NCBI GenBank assembly: GCA_017630655.1
Contig: JAGBUU010000049.1
Coordinates: 1 to 59,071 of the forward strand
Origin: Clostridia bacterium
GTDB taxonomy: Bacteria; Bacillota; Clostridia; Oscillospirales; Acutalibacteraceae
Reading direction: 5' to 3'
Length of the DNA stretch: 59,071 nt
Shown: piece by piece, positions 28,495-36,968 of the stretch
Numbering within the stretch: the stretch's first letter is position 1
Layout: each line of letters begins with the position of its first letter
Position numbers and translations under genes: made by a program
Notes under the pieces: generated by a model
Told to the model about the DNA's origin: nothing
What the model saw: the letters and a program-made list of their open reading frames with translations, nothing else
Database searches by the model: none

Positions 28495-30537
28495 CTATTT
28501 ATCCTTTCCAAATAAATATCTGTAATAATCCTTTTCCAGAATTTGTGTTGACATTTTAAATTTGTTGTTAACAACCGCCTGCATTTGAGCTACATACTCT
28601 TTCATTTCAGTTTCACTTGAAAATACGGTGTCGCTGTTTGGCGTAAACTCTTTTGTCTTTGCATTGTATCTTCCTTTATCGGTTATAAAGGAACGGCTGT
28701 TAAAAATTACAAGGTCCTCTGCGGCCGAGAAAATATCGCTACCTATAAGAAGTCTTGAATCATAATCAAAGCCGAATAGATTTAAAATGGTTGGCAAAAT
28801 ATCTACCGAATAGCAATATTTTTGAACCTTTGGCGGCTCTTTAGTTCCCTGACAGTAAAGAAGGAAGCAGCTTTCATACAGTTCAAACTGGGTTTCAACC
28901 TTGTGGCCGAGCATTTCTTCCCATACGGCATATTTTTCACCCTCATCCTGCTCGAGCCCGTAAGGATAGTGGTCGGGGGTGATAGCAATTACAGTTTTTT
29001 CGGCAACTCCCGCCTCACTAAGACGACGAAGCAATTCCTCCATTGCTAAATCAAGTTCTATATTGCAAGCATAATACGCCTTAAGGTTATGAGAAACATC
29101 AAGGTCTTGCACCTTTGACCAATTCTTGTTTGCCATAGAATTGCCGATTTTTGTGTACTCAAGGTGCCCGCTGACCGTCATATAATATGCATGGAATGGT
29201 TCATCTGTTTTAAGATATTCATCAATTGAGCCCGAAACCATCTGCAAATCTGACTGAGGCCAAACCTTTTTAACATATTTTTCTACACCCGTACCCATAC
29301 CCTTATAATTATAGCCCATATTGGGGTGAGATAGGTCGCGGTGGTAGTAGGATGCCGTATTGTTATGATAAGCATAGGTGGTTTTTACGCCTGCAGTTTT
29401 AAATATATTGCCAAGACAGAAAGGCATATAATTTTTAGAGGAGCGATAAAAGCTCCAAACACCTGACTTTGGGATAAGCCCGGTGCATACAGTGTATTCG
29501 CCGTCTGAGGTTGATACGCCCCATATAGGCGTATAAAAATTTTCAAACCGGAAGCCTTCCTGCTGCATTTTATAAAGGGTTGGCGTAAGCTCTGGATGTA
29601 TTGCGTAGGGTGAAAAGCCCTCTGCCACAATCATAATAAGATTATAGCCCTGGTACATTCCTGTATATTCATTCTTATAAGTAGGCTCTTTATTGCCAAA
29701 ATATTCATTCATAAGCCTTAAGGTCTTGTCCGTTTCGGTCTGTTTTAAAGCCTCAAAGTCTATGTTAAGTATGTTAGGTGTATATACTACGGGTTGCGCT
29801 TCCGGAACATCCGTGGGGGTATCCTCCGGTATATTACTTGGTTTTTCATTTTCAAGGTCAAGTTCTTGTTCTATACCTAAAATATTGTACCCTATATCAA
29901 GCGCCTCGGTATGAATCAGCCCAAAACGGTTCATTGACATATTGGTGTCGAAAAGGCCCGACTGCATTATAGAAAGGGATGGTATAAGAGATACCGAAAG
30001 AACGGCTAAACCGTAAACGGCCAACGATGCCGTCATATATAAGACGCCTTTTATTGTCGATAAGTTCTTTGCAGATAAAAAACGATATAACGGTGTGAAA
30101 ATCACCACCGAGGGAATAGCCAAAAGAAGTATTGCCGGAACACCGCCAAGGATAGCCTTTAAGGTGTTTACCAAAATACCGTCTTCTATTATTTGGTCGG
30201 CACCGCCAACCTTGAGAGAATAGACAATAAGAAAGTTGTTAAAAACGCTGTGATAAATAATTTGGGTGGCATAAAGCAGGCCTAAAAGTGCCATTATTAC
30301 GCCAGATGTTATTCTTGCCACCTTTTCCTTTATAAGTGAGAAAATTCCATGCAGCAAAAGACCTACAGAAACAGAAAAGGCCGTAACATATATAAGGCCG
30401 ATATTAAAAAAATCGCCCTGTGTAAAAAGCCTTAAAACAAGTTCCATATAAAGAATGGCAAGGGGCAAAAACACCGCTGTGTTTACCCTGAATTTTGCAA
30501 CTGGCAAATTTATCACTCTCCGAAAAGAGTATAACAC
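28495..30537 (-). CDS. LTA synthase family protein (membrane-anchored sulfatase-fold enzyme)
   Basis: 680 aa. Multi-TM N-terminus plus an extracellular sulfatase/LtaS-like domain. Confidence 0.85.
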   Translation of the reverse strand: MLYSFRRVINLPVAKFRVNTAVFLPLAILYMELVLRLFTQGDFFNIGLIYVTAFSVSVGLLLHGIFSLIKEKVARITSGVIMALLGLLYATQIIYHSVFNNFLIVYSLKVGGADQIIEDGILVNTLKAILGGVPAILLLAIPSVVIFTPLYRFLSAKNLSTIKGVLYMTASLAVYGLAVLSVSLIPSLSIMQSGLFDTNMSMNRFGLIHTEALDIGYNILGIEQELDLENEKPSNIPEDTPTDVPEAQPVVYTPNILNIDFEALKQTETDKTLRLMNEYFGNKEPTYKNEYTGMYQGYNLIMIVAEGFSPYAIHPELTPTLYKMQQEGFRFENFYTPIWGVSTSDGEYTVCTGLIPKSGVWSFYRSSKNYMPFCLGNIFKTAGVKTTYAYHNNTASYYHRDLSHPNMGYNYKGMGTGVEKYVKKVWPQSDLQMVSGSIDEYLKTDEPFHAYYMTVSGHLEYTKIGNSMANKNWSKVQDLDVSHNLKAYYACNIELDLAMEELLRRLSEAGVAEKTVIAITPDHYPYGLEQDEGEKYAVWEEMLGHKVETQFELYESCFLLYCQGTKEPPKVQKYCYSVDILPTILNLFGFDYDSRLLIGSDIFSAAEDLVIFNSRSFITDKGRYNAKTKEFTPNSDTVFSSETEMKEYVAQMQAVVNNKFKMSTQILEKDYYRYLFGKDK

Positions 30538-30565
30538 TTCTGTCGTTTGTTGTCAATTAACGAGA

Positions 30566-30757
30566 CTAAAAAATAAACTCTATGTCAAAAAACTTTACAT
30601 AATCCTCACCTATAATAACCGCACTTCGCCTATTGTCAAAAAGACGGCTTTGCATAGATTCGTAAACCCTGCAAACCCCTATATATACACCCACTATAAG
30701 CAGAATGCAAAATAGGGTTGCCGCCACTGTTTTAAAAAATATTTTTAAATTCCTCAT
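30566..30757 (-). CDS. Small single-pass membrane protein, translationally coupled to spoIIP
   Basis: 63 aa with one TM helix. Its ATG overlaps the spoIIP stop (ATGA). Confidence 0.5.
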   Translation of the reverse strand: MRNLKIFFKTVAATLFCILLIVGVYIGVCRVYESMQSRLFDNRRSAVIIGEDYVKFFDIEFIF

Positions 30758-31791
30758 TTTAATGTATTAAGCACACTAAGCAGAGCATTTCCTGCAAGTT
30801 CTGCCGAATAACACGCCTCCTCTAAGGTATTCGCCTCGGTTCCCACCTCTAAAAGCATAGAACCGTTTGTTAGGTTCATATTATATTTTCTCGAACAAAA
30901 GGTCATTGCCCTGGCAAGACCGGGGTACATTACCTCCATTGTTTGTTGAAAACGTAGTGCCAAGCGGAAGTTTTGCTTCCAATTAGGAAATCCTGTCACC
31001 GTTCCGGTTTCGCTTCCCACAACAAGCATAACCTGTGCTGCTTTTTTGCCATTTATTGTTTTTGTTGGTTTGCATTTATCGTTACCCGACATAGCAATTG
31101 CATCTCTGTGAAGGTCTACCACTATTTTTATTGACGGATATTTTTTTAAATATTCATTTATTGTGCTTTTTGCCCTGCTATAACTTTGGTTGTAGGAGGG
31201 TGAGTCGTGGTGGGTTTTATCATGCAGTACCGAAACACCACCTTTTTTCAAGGTAGTTGCCAGAACTTCTCCCACCTTAATAACATTTTTCTCATCACTA
31301 TCACTTCTCGGTTTGTCACTTGCTGTGTAATATGCCCTGTCCTCACTCATATAGCTTTCAGTGGCATGGGTGTGCACTATAAGCACCTCGGGCTCTTTGG
31401 TTTTCTTGATTTTAATTGACAATGTCTGGTTAAGTTCATTTTTAATATTTACGCTAAGGCCGGTTGAATTCTTTATATATATGCCATTGTAATTTAATTG
31501 TTGTGAGTAAGGTGATAAAAACTGTTCATGGATTTTTCCAACTGCATCCTTGGTGGTAGTGCTTGCCGCTACAGATGAAGACTGGCTTGAGGCTTCTTCC
31601 TTAGGTGTTTCTGCTTTTTCCTTTTCCTTTGGTTTTATTTCCTCTTTAAGCGGGTGTGCACCTGTCTCAAGGTAAAGTATATCGGCTTTTGACACCGCAT
31701 TTGCAACATTTATAAAGCCTACCGCTGAAAAAAAAGACAGCAAAACCGTAAAAGATAAAATAAGCGGCAAGGCATTAGTAAGTTTTTTCAT
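30754..31791 (-). CDS. spoIIP: Stage II sporulation protein P
   Basis: SpoIIP amidase-like core (VLIVHTHATESY). Start set to ATG 31791 (AGAGGAGG 7 nt upstream). Confidence 0.9.
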   Translation of the reverse strand: MKKLTNALPLILSFTVLLSFFSAVGFINVANAVSKADILYLETGAHPLKEEIKPKEKEKAETPKEEASSQSSSVAASTTTKDAVGKIHEQFLSPYSQQLNYNGIYIKNSTGLSVNIKNELNQTLSIKIKKTKEPEVLIVHTHATESYMSEDRAYYTASDKPRSDSDEKNVIKVGEVLATTLKKGGVSVLHDKTHHDSPSYNQSYSRAKSTINEYLKKYPSIKIVVDLHRDAIAMSGNDKCKPTKTINGKKAAQVMLVVGSETGTVTGFPNWKQNFRLALRFQQTMEVMYPGLARAMTFCSRKYNMNLTNGSMLLEVGTEANTLEEACYSAELAGNALLSVLNTLK

Positions 31792-31858
31792 ATATTGCCC
31801 TCCTCTATCGTTTTTATATATATGAAAGAACATCAATAATTATTATATAAAAAAACCC

Positions 31859-31887
31859 TTGCTTTTTTTTAAAGTTTGTGTTAATAT
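31859..31887 (+). promoter_or_regulatory. sigma-A type promoter for rpsT
   Basis: TTGCTT, 17 nt, TAATAT. Confidence 0.45.
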
Positions 31888-31948
31888 ACTAAGTGCTCTA
31901 ACTATAGGCACAGTTTTGTTGTGCCAACTTTTAAGGGAGGTGTCATAG

Positions 31949-32212
31949 GTGCCCAACATTAAATCTGCAAAAAAACGTGTATTAGTAAGTGCTGCTAACT
32001 ACGAGCGTAACAAGGCTTATCGTTCCGGTCTTCGTACAGCCATCAAAAAGGCAAATGTTGCTATTGAGTCCGGTGCGGCTGATATGGATGTTGCCGTTAA
32101 GGTTGCTGTTAAGAAGATTGACCAGGCTACCGCTAAGGGAATTCTTCACAAAAACACTGCCGGCAGAAAGAAGTCTGCTCTCGTATCTAGTCTTAATAAA
32201 GCAAAGGCTTAA
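31949..32212 (+). CDS. rpsT: 30S ribosomal protein S20
   Basis: 87 aa. PNIKSAKKR N-terminus. GTG start with GGAGG upstream. Confidence 0.97.
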   Translation: MPNIKSAKKRVLVSAANYERNKAYRSGLRTAIKKANVAIESGAADMDVAVKVAVKKIDQATAKGILHKNTAGRKKSALVSSLNKAKA

Positions 32213-32271
32213 TTGTCGAATGCTCAGGCGGTGGGTAACCGCCGCCTGTATAGACAGACTACTAATCAGCT

Positions 32272-32297
32272 ACACCGTATTTTTACGGTGTTTTTTT
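32272..32297 (+). terminator. Rho-independent terminator of rpsT
   Basis: Stem acaccgt / acggtgt followed by T7. A second GC hairpin without a T-run lies at 32225-32248. Confidence 0.8.
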
Positions 32298-32304
32298 ATT
32301 ATAT

Positions 32305-32334
32305 AAAAAAGCCACAGACTTGGGTCTGTGGCTT
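32305..32334 (-). terminator. Rho-independent terminator of the PAP2 gene
   Basis: Stem gccacagac / gtctgtggc with a T-run on the minus strand. Confidence 0.8.
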
Positions 32335-32337
32335 TAA

Positions 32338-32829
32338 TTATATGAAATACTGTATAGCACCGATTAAAATTCCCAAACTAAGCCCGCAAAGCACATCCTT
32401 TATAAAGTGCACGCCAAAGGCTACCCTGAGTGTTGCAATTAGTAGAGCAAACACTCCGATTATTATTCCTATCGGCAGGTTTATAGCCGATATGCTGACC
32501 GCTATTACAGCGGCAGAAAAACAATGTCTGCTTGGGAATGATTTTCCCAAAGACTTTTTATTTATAAGCGGTTTTATATCATATCTTTGGTAGGGTCTTT
32601 CAGCGTTATACAGATGTCTGAACAAACTGACGGCTATAAAGCCTATTCCACAAACCACAAGAGATTTTACCCAAAACAAATTGCCCTTAAAGAGCAAAAT
32701 TGCAATAAATACAGGGTAGGTAATGTAAACTAATATCTCGGCTGTCTTTTGTGTTATTACTGCGGTCTTTTTTAATGTGGGGTACCTATTAAAAAAATTA
32801 GCCGCGGCAATATAACCTTCTCTTTTCAT
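32338..32829 (-). CDS. PAP2 family phosphatase (membrane)
   Basis: 163 aa. PAP2 motifs SFPSRH and FGVHF. Confidence 0.85.
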   Translation of the reverse strand: MKREGYIAAANFFNRYPTLKKTAVITQKTAEILVYITYPVFIAILLFKGNLFWVKSLVVCGIGFIAVSLFRHLYNAERPYQRYDIKPLINKKSLGKSFPSRHCFSAAVIAVSISAINLPIGIIIGVFALLIATLRVAFGVHFIKDVLCGLSLGILIGAIQYFI

Positions 32830-32830
32830 T

Positions 32831-33322
32831 TTAATCCTCTTTTATTGAAACATTATAAAATTTTACTGCAATGTGCTGTGAAGAAATATCTAATTTTTGG
32901 GGAAGCCCTGTAGGTGAAACGGTAAGCACATATTCCGCATTGCCAAACTTTCCGGATATTTCCCCATCCCTCTCTTCTAAGGCAGACTGATTTTTGCAAA
33001 GGAAGCCTATTGGACCGTAAAAATCAGATACTATCTTAGAAAACGGCATAGTGGCCTCGTTTGCGGTGTAGGTAAGCCCCTTATAGTCTGCTGTTATGCC
33101 ATCGGCGTTTACCGTAAGTTTCAAATCCTGAAGCCCTTCGGGTTCCTTTATTTTGGCTATGAGTGTTACCTCTTTATCTATATGTCCGTCAAAGACATAT
33201 ACCTCGTTAAAATAGGAAAGTTCTGCCGTAAAGGTGATTTCGGTGAGTTTTAACTCAATTTGATTCTTTGTACAAGAGCACAGACACAAAATAAGCAATA
33301 ACGCAAAAACAATTTTTTTCAA
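32831..33322 (-). CDS. Putative lipoprotein, unknown function
   Basis: 163 aa. Signal peptide with lipobox LCLCSC. Confidence 0.6.
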   Translation of the reverse strand: MKKIVFALLLILCLCSCTKNQIELKLTEITFTAELSYFNEVYVFDGHIDKEVTLIAKIKEPEGLQDLKLTVNADGITADYKGLTYTANEATMPFSKIVSDFYGPIGFLCKNQSALEERDGEISGKFGNAEYVLTVSPTGLPQKLDISSQHIAVKFYNVSIKED

Positions 33323-33374
33323 AAAATCGCCTCCCTTAAATCAAGTATGCTTGTTTTAAAGTCGAGGCGGTTTT

Positions 33375-34868
33375 TTATAAAAACTTATGAAGCAGATTAA
33401 TCATATCGCTGGGGAGCATTGCACTTTCTCCGTAAGTCTCTTTTGCAGCATCTCCCGCTGCGGCGTGTAGCCAAACGGCAGCCTTTGCAGCACTAAACGG
33501 CTCTAACCCATTTGCAAGAAGAGCTAAAAGAATTCCGCTAAGCATATCCCCGCTTCCCGCCGTTGCCATACCCGCATTTCCGTTTGTGTTAACTGCAACT
33601 TCGCCGTTTGGCGAGGCAATTATGGTGTTTGCACCCTTAAGTATGGTGTAAACGCCATATTTTGCCGAAAATTCAGTTGCTGTTTTAAAACGATTTTCTT
33701 CTACCGTTTTAGTATCCGTCTTTATTAACCTTGCCATCTCTTTAGGGTGTGGGGTTAAAATAATCGGCGCCTTGACTTTTCTAAGTAATTCTATGTCATT
33801 ACTCACCGCATTTATTCCATCGGCATCAAGAACTGTGGGCACAGTTGATGCTAAGAGCAAAGCCGATACTATTTTAGTTATATCAGAACTTTGCGAAAGG
33901 CCACAGCCAACAAGGAGTGCCGATGCTGTTTTAAGGTGTTCTTTTAACACCTTTATCTCCTTACCGCTATAGGTTTTACCACGTGATTTTAAGGGAATAA
34001 GTACCGCTTCGGGCAGGCTTGTTGCCATAACGCTGTAATTTTCTTTTATAGTAGCGGCTTTTAGAATTCCAACCCCGCTTCTGAGTGCCGCCATACCCGA
34101 TATAACTGCAGCCCCGCTCATACCGTAGCTTCCACAGACACTAAGGGCTGTGCCAAAACTGTTTTTATGGCAGGTTTTTGGACGGCACTTTAAAACAGGT
34201 TTTTCATTTTCTTGTATATATGCCCCCGCATTTTTGAAATCCCCTTGGTTAATACCTATGGGGAGAACTACTACTTCTGAGCAAATATCTGCACTAAAAG
34301 GCAACACCTGACATAGCTTTTTAGCTCCAAAGGTTAGGGTAACCTTAGTTTTAAGGGCGGTGTCACTTCCCCTTCCCGTGTCACAACAAAGTCCGCTTGG
34401 TATGTCTAACGCAAAGTCGCTTTTCCCAACTACACTTAAAAGCTCTTTTAATTTACCTGTTGGTGCTTCGCCGTTATAGCCCGTGCCAAAAACGGCATCT
34501 ATTACAATATCAAACCCATCATTTGTTATAAGTTGTATGCAACTGTCAATATCAACAACCGCAATACGCTCTCTGTCACCCATTGAATCAAACGCCTTTT
34601 TGGCTATATCGGTTGACGCCTCTCCACAAACGAGCGCTACAGTTACATAACAATAAAGGGCTAAACGCCTGGCCACGACAAAGCCGTCGCCACCGTTATT
34701 GCCCTTTCCACAAAGAATTAACACCCTTTTTGCCTTTATATCGGTATGCTCGGCAATATAATCCGCCGCCGCATTACCCGCATTTAACATAAGGGTATAA
34801 AGATTTGTGCCACCCTTTTGTGCAAGCCTTTCCGCATTGCACATAGTGGCTTTGTCCACAACATACAT
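33375..34868 (-). CDS. nnr: Bifunctional NAD(P)H-hydrate repair enzyme (epimerase/dehydratase)
   Basis: 497 aa. YjeF N-terminal domain (GKGNNGGDG) and C-terminal kinase-like domain (GSGDMLSG). Confidence 0.92.
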   Translation of the reverse strand: MYVVDKATMCNAERLAQKGGTNLYTLMLNAGNAAADYIAEHTDIKAKRVLILCGKGNNGGDGFVVARRLALYCYVTVALVCGEASTDIAKKAFDSMGDRERIAVVDIDSCIQLITNDGFDIVIDAVFGTGYNGEAPTGKLKELLSVVGKSDFALDIPSGLCCDTGRGSDTALKTKVTLTFGAKKLCQVLPFSADICSEVVVLPIGINQGDFKNAGAYIQENEKPVLKCRPKTCHKNSFGTALSVCGSYGMSGAAVISGMAALRSGVGILKAATIKENYSVMATSLPEAVLIPLKSRGKTYSGKEIKVLKEHLKTASALLVGCGLSQSSDITKIVSALLLASTVPTVLDADGINAVSNDIELLRKVKAPIILTPHPKEMARLIKTDTKTVEENRFKTATEFSAKYGVYTILKGANTIIASPNGEVAVNTNGNAGMATAGSGDMLSGILLALLANGLEPFSAAKAAVWLHAAAGDAAKETYGESAMLPSDMINLLHKFL

Positions 34869-34885
34869 AATGTCGCCTCAAAAAA

Positions 34886-35383
34886 TTATTTTGCAATACG
34901 GGGTATTGCCTTTTCTATTTCCTCGCGGAGTCTGTCGTTCGGTGCTAAAACCATCATAACATTGCCAAGGTTTCTATCCTTTGCGATAAGGTAAACCTGA
35001 CCCTCGCTATCGGGATTGCAGAAGACAAATGTATTCTTTACCGAGCCCGGTGCAGTTTGTCCCTTGTACTCGCCGAATTTTTCAACCTCGCTGCACTTAA
35101 TAGAAACCATACGCTTTCTGGTGTTTTGGGCAACAATTTTATCTACATCAAGCTCCCCGTTAGTATAGATATACTCATATTCTATAACCAAAAGGGATAT
35201 AAGTTTATATGCACCATATATTGCAGCAATTACAATAAGAAGAACTATTGCAGGTGCAAAGATAAGCCCGAAAAGAATAAGAGCACCAACAATTAATACA
35301 TCTACAAGTATGATAAGTGTAATTATAAGCTTTGCCTTGCCGTTTAGTTTAATTCTTATAAGTTGTTCAAAAAAGGTGTCCAT
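34886..35383 (-). CDS. Membrane protein of unknown function (DUF6106-like)
   Basis: 165 aa. Two TM helices followed by a soluble tail. The family name comes from recollection only. Confidence 0.5.
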   Translation of the reverse strand: MDTFFEQLIRIKLNGKAKLIITLIILVDVLIVGALILFGLIFAPAIVLLIVIAAIYGAYKLISLLVIEYEYIYTNGELDVDKIVAQNTRKRMVSIKCSEVEKFGEYKGQTAPGSVKNTFVFCNPDSEGQVYLIAKDRNLGNVMMVLAPNDRLREEIEKAIPRIAK

Positions 35384-35521
35384 TTTAAAATCTCCAATTT
35401 ATTTTTATATATTGTAACACAAAAGTTTTTCCTTGGCAACAATTCTTGTAGCTAATTAATATTTAAATGATGAAAAATTCGTTGTATTATATAACCAGAA
35501 TTATTTCTATGTGTTTTTGTT

Positions 35522-36187
35522 TTATATTTGCCAGTCAATAGGCTTTTGGTTTGAGCAAGAAAGTATTTCGTTGCACCTGGAAAAGTGTTTGCAACCAAAA
35601 AATCCGCCGTAGGCTGATAACGGGCTTGGGTGCACCGATTCGAGTTTCTTATGAATAGGGTTTGTAATGAGTTTTGCCTTGTTTTTGGCGTTTGCGCCCC
35701 AAAGCAGAAAAACTATGGGGGTCTGCTTTTTGTTTAGTTCAAGAATTACCCTATCGGTAAAGTTTTCCCAACCCTTGCCCTTGTGTGAATTGGGAGAAGC
35801 CTCTCTTACAGTAAGGACTGTGTTCAAAAGGAGCACTCCCTGTTCTGCCCATTTAGTAAGTTCGCCGTGGCCGGTGTAGGTAAAGCCAACGTCGGCTTGA
35901 AGTTCTTTAAATATGTTTTTAAGGGAGGGCGGAGGTTCTACGCCCCTTTTTACCGAAAAGCACATTCCGTGGGCCTGCCCTGCCCCGTGATAAGGGTCTT
36001 GCCCTATAATTACAACCCTTGTGTTTTCAAAGGAGGAAGCCTTAAGGGCACTGAAAATATCATTCATATTGGGATAAATTGTACGCGACGAATATTCGCT
36101 CTTTAAAAAGGCGCGAAGTTCTTTATAATAGGGCTTAGTAAACTCATCGGCCAAAATATTATCCCAATCGTTACCGAAACGTACCAT
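35522..36187 (-). CDS. ung: Uracil-DNA glycosylase
   Basis: 221 aa. GQDPYHG active-site motif and HPSPLS. Confidence 0.96.
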   Translation of the reverse strand: MVRFGNDWDNILADEFTKPYYKELRAFLKSEYSSRTIYPNMNDIFSALKASSFENTRVVIIGQDPYHGAGQAHGMCFSVKRGVEPPPSLKNIFKELQADVGFTYTGHGELTKWAEQGVLLLNTVLTVREASPNSHKGKGWENFTDRVILELNKKQTPIVFLLWGANAKNKAKLITNPIHKKLESVHPSPLSAYGGFFGCKHFSRCNEILSCSNQKPIDWQI

Positions 36188-36242
36188 TTAACCACTCTCC
36201 TTGCCCCAATAATATCATACTAAAAGAAAAAAGACAATAAGC

Positions 36243-36485
36243 CTATTTTATCTCCTGTTCAAGACTATCAAATTCGGGAGTGGAAAAGAATTCGCCAAGG
36301 CTTATATCTAATCCATCACAGAATTTTTTAATTGTTGTTATTGATACATCTCTTCTGCTTTTGTCAAGCATACTGTATGCGGTTGATGGAGTTACTCCGG
36401 AAATGTTAGCAAGTTCGTTGACTTTAATATTTCTTTGTTTTAATAACTCCTCAAATCTGTTTGCAACTGCATCCTTTACGCTCAT
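36243..36485 (-). CDS. XRE family HTH transcriptional regulator
   Basis: 80 aa. HTH_3 pattern (NELANISGVTPSTAYSMLD). Confidence 0.85.
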   Translation of the reverse strand: MSVKDAVANRFEELLKQRNIKVNELANISGVTPSTAYSMLDKSRRDVSITTIKKFCDGLDISLGEFFSTPEFDSLEQEIK

Positions 36486-36524
36486 AAAATCACCTCAATT
36501 ATAGTGTATGTTAATTTTCATTTC

Positions 36525-36545
36525 TGCGTATACGCATTTGCGTAT
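36525..36545. promoter_or_regulatory. Candidate XRE operator
   Basis: Perfect 12-bp palindrome TGCGTATACGCA (36525-36536), plus an extra half-site TGCGTAT (36539-36545) in the divergent intergenic region. Confidence 0.5.
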
Positions 36546-36597
36546 TTTAAATTAATGTGGTATTATTAAATAAATTATTTACAGTTGGGTGATTTAA

Positions 36598-36768
36598 ATG
36601 ACATGCTATCATAACTTTTGTATTTACCAGGAAAGCGGAAATTGTAAGCTAGACGAAATTACGATTAATGAAACCGGTATGTGCGACTGTTGTATTTGCA
36701 TCAATATCGACTCTGACCAATTAATAAAGACAAAGACCGACTTGCTTAATAAATTCTCGCAAAAATAA
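36598..36768 (+). CDS. Small Cys-rich protein (56 aa), unknown function
   Basis: Hand-translated as MTCYHNFCIYQESGNCKLDEITINETGMCDCCICINIDSDQLIKTKTDLLNKFSQK. Seven Cys, a weak GGGTGA SD, and an immediate strong terminator. It is below the ORF-track cut-off. Confidence 0.55.
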   Translation: MTCYHNFCIYQESGNCKLDEITINETGMCDCCICINIDSDQLIKTKTDLLNKFSQK

Positions 36769-36808
36769 ACACAAGGACAACAGGTGCTACCGTTGTCCTT
36801 GTGTTTTA
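36769..36808 (+). terminator. Rho-independent terminator after the Cys-rich ORF
   Basis: 13-bp stem acacaaggacaac / gttgtccttgtgt followed by TTT. Confidence 0.8.
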
Positions 36809-36813
36809 TAGAA

Positions 36814-36950
36814 TTTATGACAGAGTCATAAAAAAGGGGGGCATATGGCGACTTCGTCGCAGTGATATTCCCCTGCGGCGAGTGATATACGGCTTTCGCC
36901 GTGTGATATTTGACCTTGCGGTCAAGTAAAATATTTTCCTTGCGGAAAAT
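36814..36950. repeat. Hairpin-linker repeat array 2 (six hairpins, GTGATAT linkers)
   Basis: Stems tttatgac/gtcataaa, gcgac/gtcgc, tcccc/ggcga (1 mismatch), acggc/gccgt, ttgacc/ggtcaa and attttcc/ggaaaat. ATAT cores at 36843, 36865, 36885, 36906 and 36931. Confidence 0.75.
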
Positions 36951-36968
36951 GTTTTGGTGTCTGCGATG

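Noticed and set aside
36861-36910. The GTGATAT linkers of the hairpin arrays considered as DnaA boxes (oriC-like cluster)
   Set aside because: TGTGATATT differs from the DnaA box complement TGTGNATAA at several core positions. There is no dnaA or dnaN and no AT-rich unwinding element nearby.
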